Positions 24,205 through 28,129 of a DNA stretch of 28,129 nucleotides are shown piece after piece. A model generated the notes under the pieces. The model was not told the DNA's origin. It worked only from the letters and a program-made list of their open reading frames with translations, and made no database searches. Position numbers and translations under genes: made by a program. Numbering within the stretch: position 1 is the first letter of the stretch; each line of letters begins with the position of its first letter. Source of the DNA: Polaromonas sp. Lineage in GTDB: Bacteria; Pseudomonadota; Gammaproteobacteria; Burkholderiales; Burkholderiaceae_C. The DNA lies in assembly GCA_044350025.1 (NCBI GenBank), contig JBILIK010000109.1:1-28129 (forward strand), written 5' to 3'.

Positions 24205-24371
24205 CTTGCCTCGATTTGAAGTCTGAGTGACTCCGATGCTGCCGGGGAGCACGAAGTTGTCGGTGTCCATGATTGGCTCTATTGCGGCCATGTTTTACGT
24301 GGGTAGTTTTTTGGCAGCCTGGGCTTTTGGGCCACTTTGAACGGATTTTTTCTGTTCGTCTGACGCTGGCT

Positions 24372-25388
24372 TTACTTGCTGTGGCTCAGCGCGCTGCTGA
24401 CCAGCCTGGAGGTGATGTCAACGATCTGAATCATCTTTTCGTAGGGCATGCGCATGGGGCCGATCACGCCCAGCGTGCCGACCACTTGGCCGTCAACCTC
24501 ATAAGGCGCTGTCACCACGGACAGTTCCTGGTAGGGAACGACCTGGCTTTCGCCGCCTATGTAGATGCGCACGCCTTCGGCCCGGCTGGAGACATCAAGC
24601 AGGCGCATGAGTTGGGCTTTTTGCTCGAACAAATCAAAGAGCTTGCGCAGGCTGCCCATATCGCCGGAAAAGTCGCTCACGGCCAGCAAGTTGCGCTCAC
24701 CGGAAATGACCACCTCGTCACGCGACTCATTGGCTTCGGAGCTGACCTGCACGGCCGCCTGCATCAAACTGGCGATTTCACCGCGCAGCACTTCCACCTC
24801 GTTTTGAAGCCGCTGGCGCACTTCTTCGATGGCCATGCCGGTGTAGTGGGAGTTCAGAAAGTTGGCCGCCTCAATCAGTTGCGCCTGGGTGAAATCGGTC
24901 TCGGTGAAGATCACGCGGTTTTGCACGTCGCCGTCGGGCGACACAATGATGACCAGGAAACGCCGCTCGGAGAGCCGCAAAAACTCGATATGCCGGAACA
25001 CCGATGTGCGTTTGGGTGCCATCACCACACCCACGAACTGCGACAAGCTCGACAGCATGTGGGCCGCGTTGCTGAGAACTTTCTGGGGTTGGTCGGGGGC
25101 CAGCACTTGCGCCCCCATACCGCCGGCGCTCAAATGAGCCGGCTGCAGGGTCAGCATGGTGTCAACGAACAACCGGTATCCCTTGGCCGTGGGAACCCGA
25201 CCGGCCGAGGTGTGCGGGCTGACAATCAGGCCTAATTCTTCAAGGTCGCTCATCACGTTGCGAATGGTGGCCGGCGAGAGCTCCAGGCCCGATGCCCGTG
25301 AGAGCGTGCGCGAACCCACCGGCTGTCCCTCGGTGATGTAACGCTCTACCAGCGCCTTGAGCAGTAACTTGGCACGGTCGTCTAACAT
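24372..25388 (-). CDS. hrcA: Heat-inducible transcription repressor HrcA
   Basis: [55 protein letters not shown]... The start was taken at the ATG at 25388 (339 aa) rather than the upstream ORF opening at 25565. Confidence 0.85.
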   Translation of the reverse strand: MLDDRAKLLLKALVERYITEGQPVGSRTLSRASGLELSPATIRNVMSDLEELGLIVSPHTSAGRVPTAKGYRLFVDTMLTLQPAHLSAGGMGAQVLAPDQPQKVLSNAAHMLSSLSQFVGVVMAPKRTSVFRHIEFLRLSERRFLVIIVSPDGDVQNRVIFTETDFTQAQLIEAANFLNSHYTGMAIEEVRQRLQNEVEVLRGEIASLMQAAVQVSSEANESRDEVVISGERNLLAVSDFSGDMGSLRKLFDLFEQKAQLMRLLDVSSRAEGVRIYIGGESQVVPYQELSVVTAPYEVDGQVVGTLGVIGPMRMPYEKMIQIVDITSRLVSSALSHSK

Positions 25389-25437
25389 GCGCTTGATTCT
25401 ACGAAGACCTGCGAGCCGGTTGTGATGTAATTTAAAA

Positions 25438-26313
25438 ATGAGTTCTAAATTCCGCCATGTCGCCCTTATAGGTAAATACCAGGCCCAGGGCTCACGCTCG
25501 GCACTGGAGGACATCGCGCGCTTCCTGATTGAGCAGGGTTGTGAGATAGCGCTGGAAAAAGACACCGCTCAAAATACCGGCATCACTGCGCACACCATTT
25601 TGGATGTTGCGCAAATTGGCAAGCAATGCGACCTCGGTCTGGTGGTCGGTGGCGACGGCACCATGCTGGGCATAGGCCGGCAATTAGCGCAGTTTGGCGT
25701 GCCATTGGTCGGTATCAATCAGGGTCGGCTGGGCTTTATCACCGACATTGCCTTTGACGACTACCAGACCACGCTGACGCCCATGCTCCATGGGAACTAC
25801 CAGGAAGACCCGCGCTGGATGATGCAGGCCGAGGTGGTGCGTGGCGGCGAATCCGTCTTTCATGCGACGGCCATGAATGACGTTGTGGTCAACCGGGGGG
25901 CCTCAGCCGGCATGGTGGAGTTAAGGGTCGAAATCGATGGCCGCTTTGTAGCGAACCAGCGTGCGGACGGCCTGATCATCGCCTCCCCGACCGGCTCGAC
26001 GGCCTATGCCTTGTCGGCAGGTGGGCCGCTGATACACCCCTCTATCGGCGGCTGGATTCTGGCCCCGATCGCCCCGCACACGCTGTCTAACCGGCCCATC
26101 GTGCTCTCCGACAAAGGAGAAATCGCCATCGAAATCGTGGCCGGACGCGACCCTAGCGTCAACTTCGACATGCAGACTTTTGCCAGCCTGCGCCATGGCG
26201 ACCGGATCATCGTGCGTCGATCTGCGCACCAGGTTCGTTTCTTACACCCGGTCGGCTGGAGCTACTTCGACACCTTGCGCAAGAAGCTGCACTGGAACGA
26301 AGGCGTGGCCTGA
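25438..26313 (+). CDS. nadK: NAD kinase
   Basis: 291 aa with GGDGTML, NRG and [14 protein letters not shown] motifs. It is divergent from hrcA, as is usual in betaproteobacteria. Confidence 0.85.
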   Translation: MSSKFRHVALIGKYQAQGSRSALEDIARFLIEQGCEIALEKDTAQNTGITAHTILDVAQIGKQCDLGLVVGGDGTMLGIGRQLAQFGVPLVGINQGRLGFITDIAFDDYQTTLTPMLHGNYQEDPRWMMQAEVVRGGESVFHATAMNDVVVNRGASAGMVELRVEIDGRFVANQRADGLIIASPTGSTAYALSAGGPLIHPSIGGWILAPIAPHTLSNRPIVLSDKGEIAIEIVAGRDPSVNFDMQTFASLRHGDRIIVRRSAHQVRFLHPVGWSYFDTLRKKLHWNEGVA

Positions 26314-26345
26314 GGCCACACCCAACTTGCAACGAGCACTGTTTC

Positions 26346-27989
26346 ATGAGCCTGAAAAGTATTTTTCTGCGGGATTTTGTGATCGTCCACGCGCTGGAGC
26401 TGGACCTGAGCAAGGGTTTTACCGTACTGACCGGCGAAACCGGCGCCGGCAAGTCCATCTTGATCGACGCCCTGCAACTTGCACTGGGCGCCCGCGCAGA
26501 CGCAGCCATGGTGCGCGAAGGCGCGCAGCGCTGCGAAATCAGCGCCACTTTTGACTGCCCCGCCTCTCTTGCGAACTGGCTGGATGAAAACGGTTTGCCG
26601 GCAGGCGAAGAGTTGCTGCTCAAACGCACCATCGATTTGCAGGCCAAGAGCAGGGCCTGGGTCAATGGCAGTCCTGCCACCGCCACACAGCTGCGGGAGA
26701 TCGCAGACCTGCTGGTTGATATCCATGGCCAGCACGCCTGGCAAAGCCTGACGCGGCCGGATGCGGTGCGCGGCCTGCTGGATGCGTTTGCCGGCGTATC
26801 ACTGGGGCCGCTCAACCAGGGCTGGCAGGCCTGGCGCACAGCGCAAAAAACACTGGACGAGGCCCGCAGCGCCCAAGACAGTCTGCAACGCGAGCAAGAA
26901 CGCCTGGCCTGGCAAATCGGCGAGGTCGACAAGCTGGGGCCGGGCGAGGACGAGTGGGAAGAACTCAACACCCAGCACAGCCGCCTGTCCAATGCGCAAG
27001 CACTGCGCCAAGCTGTTGAAGCCGCGCTGCAAGCCCTGCAGGATGCCGAGGACAGCGCTTGTAGTCAGCTCGCTCGGGCCGCGTCTGCACTGCAGGCGCA
27101 AGCGCATATCGAGCCGCAATTCGTCGCCCCGCTGGAGGTCCTGCAAAGCGCGCTGGCTCAGGCTGAAGACGCAGTGCACTCGCTCAATGGCTATGCCAGG
27201 CACTCCGAGCTGGAGCCGCAACGCCTGAGTGCGCTGGATGAGCGCCTGGCCAGCTGGCTCAGTCTGGCGCGACGCTACAAGCGCCCGCCCGCCGAGCTTT
27301 CTGAACTGCTGGCAAGCTGGCGCCAGGAACTGCAAAAGCTCAATGCAGCCACCGACCTGGCCGCGCTCGAATCGGCTGCCACCCTGGCACATGCTACGTA
27401 TATGCAAGAGGCAGCAGTTATCTCCAAAGCCCGGCAGAAAGCAGCGCCTGCCCTGGCCAAAGCCATCACCACAGCCATGCAAGGGCTGGGCATGCAAGGC
27501 GGACAATTTGAAGTCAAGCTGAGCAAGCTCGAGCAAGCCGCCGCCTACGGTCTGGAGCAGGCCGAGTTTTTAGTCGCCGGCCACAGCGGCAGCACGGCGC
27601 GGCCGGTCGGCAAGGTGGCCTCGGGCGGCGAGTTGTCGCGCATCGCGCTGGCCATTGCGGTGACCACCAGCCAGCTGGGCCAGGCGCAGACTTTGATTTT
27701 TGACGAAGTCGATGCCGGCGTAGGCGGTGCTGTGGCGCAAACCGTGGGGCGGCTGATGCGCCAGTTGGGCAAAGACCGGCAAGTCATGGCAGTCACGCAT
27801 CTGCCCCAAGTGGCGGCCTGCGCCGACCAGCACCTGGTGGTGGCCAAGCACAGCGACAAGGGCGGCACCGCCAGCACTGTCAACGCCGTAGAAGGCCAGG
27901 CCAGGGTGGCAGAAGTTGCGCGCATGCTGGGCGGCGAAAAACTCTCGCCGGCCACGCTGGCGCACGCCAAAGAAATGTTGGGTTCATGA
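26346..27989 (+). CDS. recN: DNA repair protein RecN
   Basis: 547 aa with an SMC-like N-terminal Walker A ([16 protein letters not shown]), a long coiled coil, and a C-terminal signature/Walker B ([12 protein letters not shown]...[12 protein letters not shown]). Confidence 0.9.
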
Positions 27990-28129
27990 ACACACCCGAG
28001 CCGGCCATGACAAGCATGGAAATGGTGCTGATCACCGGCATGTCCGGCTCAGGCAAGTCGGTCGCGCTGCACGCCCTGGAAGACGCTGGCTACTACTGTG
28101 TGGACAACCTCCCGCCAGAGCTGCTCGAA
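27986..28129 (+). CDS. rapZ: RNase adapter protein RapZ (N-terminal fragment; continues beyond the window)
   Basis: ...[37 protein letters not shown]. The first in-frame ATG overlaps the recN stop (ATGA), but the true start may be a later Met (28016 or 28022). Confidence 0.7.

Noticed and set aside
24273-25235. 320 aa plus-strand ORF
   Set aside because: It lies entirely antisense to hrcA in high-GC DNA. The composition is low-complexity and rich in Ala, Gly, Leu and His, typical of a shadow ORF. hrcA has unmistakable homology.
25389-25437. Possible CIRCE operator (TTAGCACTC-N9-GAGTGCTAA) in the hrcA-nadK divergent region
   Set aside because: I looked for one and found no such inverted repeat in this spacer.
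26207-27970. Several long minus-strand ORFs (261, 160, 245, 141 and 131 aa)
   Set aside because: All are antisense to recN and look like high-GC shadow frames with Arg/Ala/Ser/Pro-rich translations.
1-28129. CRISPR arrays, rRNA genes, IS elements or transposases
   Set aside because: I found no regularly spaced repeat-spacer structure, no rRNA-like sequence, and no transposase-like ORF or terminal inverted repeats by eye.

Overview
By eye the flanks are about 58-62% GC and look like a betaproteobacterial (Burkholderiales-type) chromosome. The left flank (1-8138) is the edge of a photosynthesis gene cluster. It holds bchX (partial), bchC, crtF and crtE on the minus strand, with tandem TGT-N12-ACA PpsR/CrtJ-type operators upstream of bchC and crtE. 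It also holds an alpha/beta hydrolase, a second bchC paralog, a BciA-like 8-vinyl reductase and a ChrR-type bicupin. The right flank (24190-28129) carries hrcA, nadK, recN and the start of rapZ. Between them lies a ~16 kb low-GC, mosaic genomic island (8184-24148), inserted in the anticodon loop of a host tRNA(CAU) gene. The 3' half of that tRNA is at 8139-8183 and the 5' half at 24149-24189, with a 9 bp GATTATGAG direct repeat, and the gene is not rebuilt. The island encodes a 470 aa tyrosine integrase and a 1633 aa single-polypeptide Type ISP restriction-modification enzyme (Mrr nuclease, SF2 DEAH helicase, NPPY methylase, C-terminal target-recognition region). It also encodes a T5orf172/GIY-YIG-family protein, a catalytic-domain-only tyrosine recombinase, a PD-(D/E)xK-like protein and about a dozen unknowns. 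The most unusual element lies next to the integrase: a complete replacement tRNA(CAU) gene interrupted after the anticodon by a 212 nt Azoarcus-type (IC3) group I intron. That intron sits inside the same 9 bp sequence the island used as its attachment core. I found no CRISPR array, rRNA or transposase.
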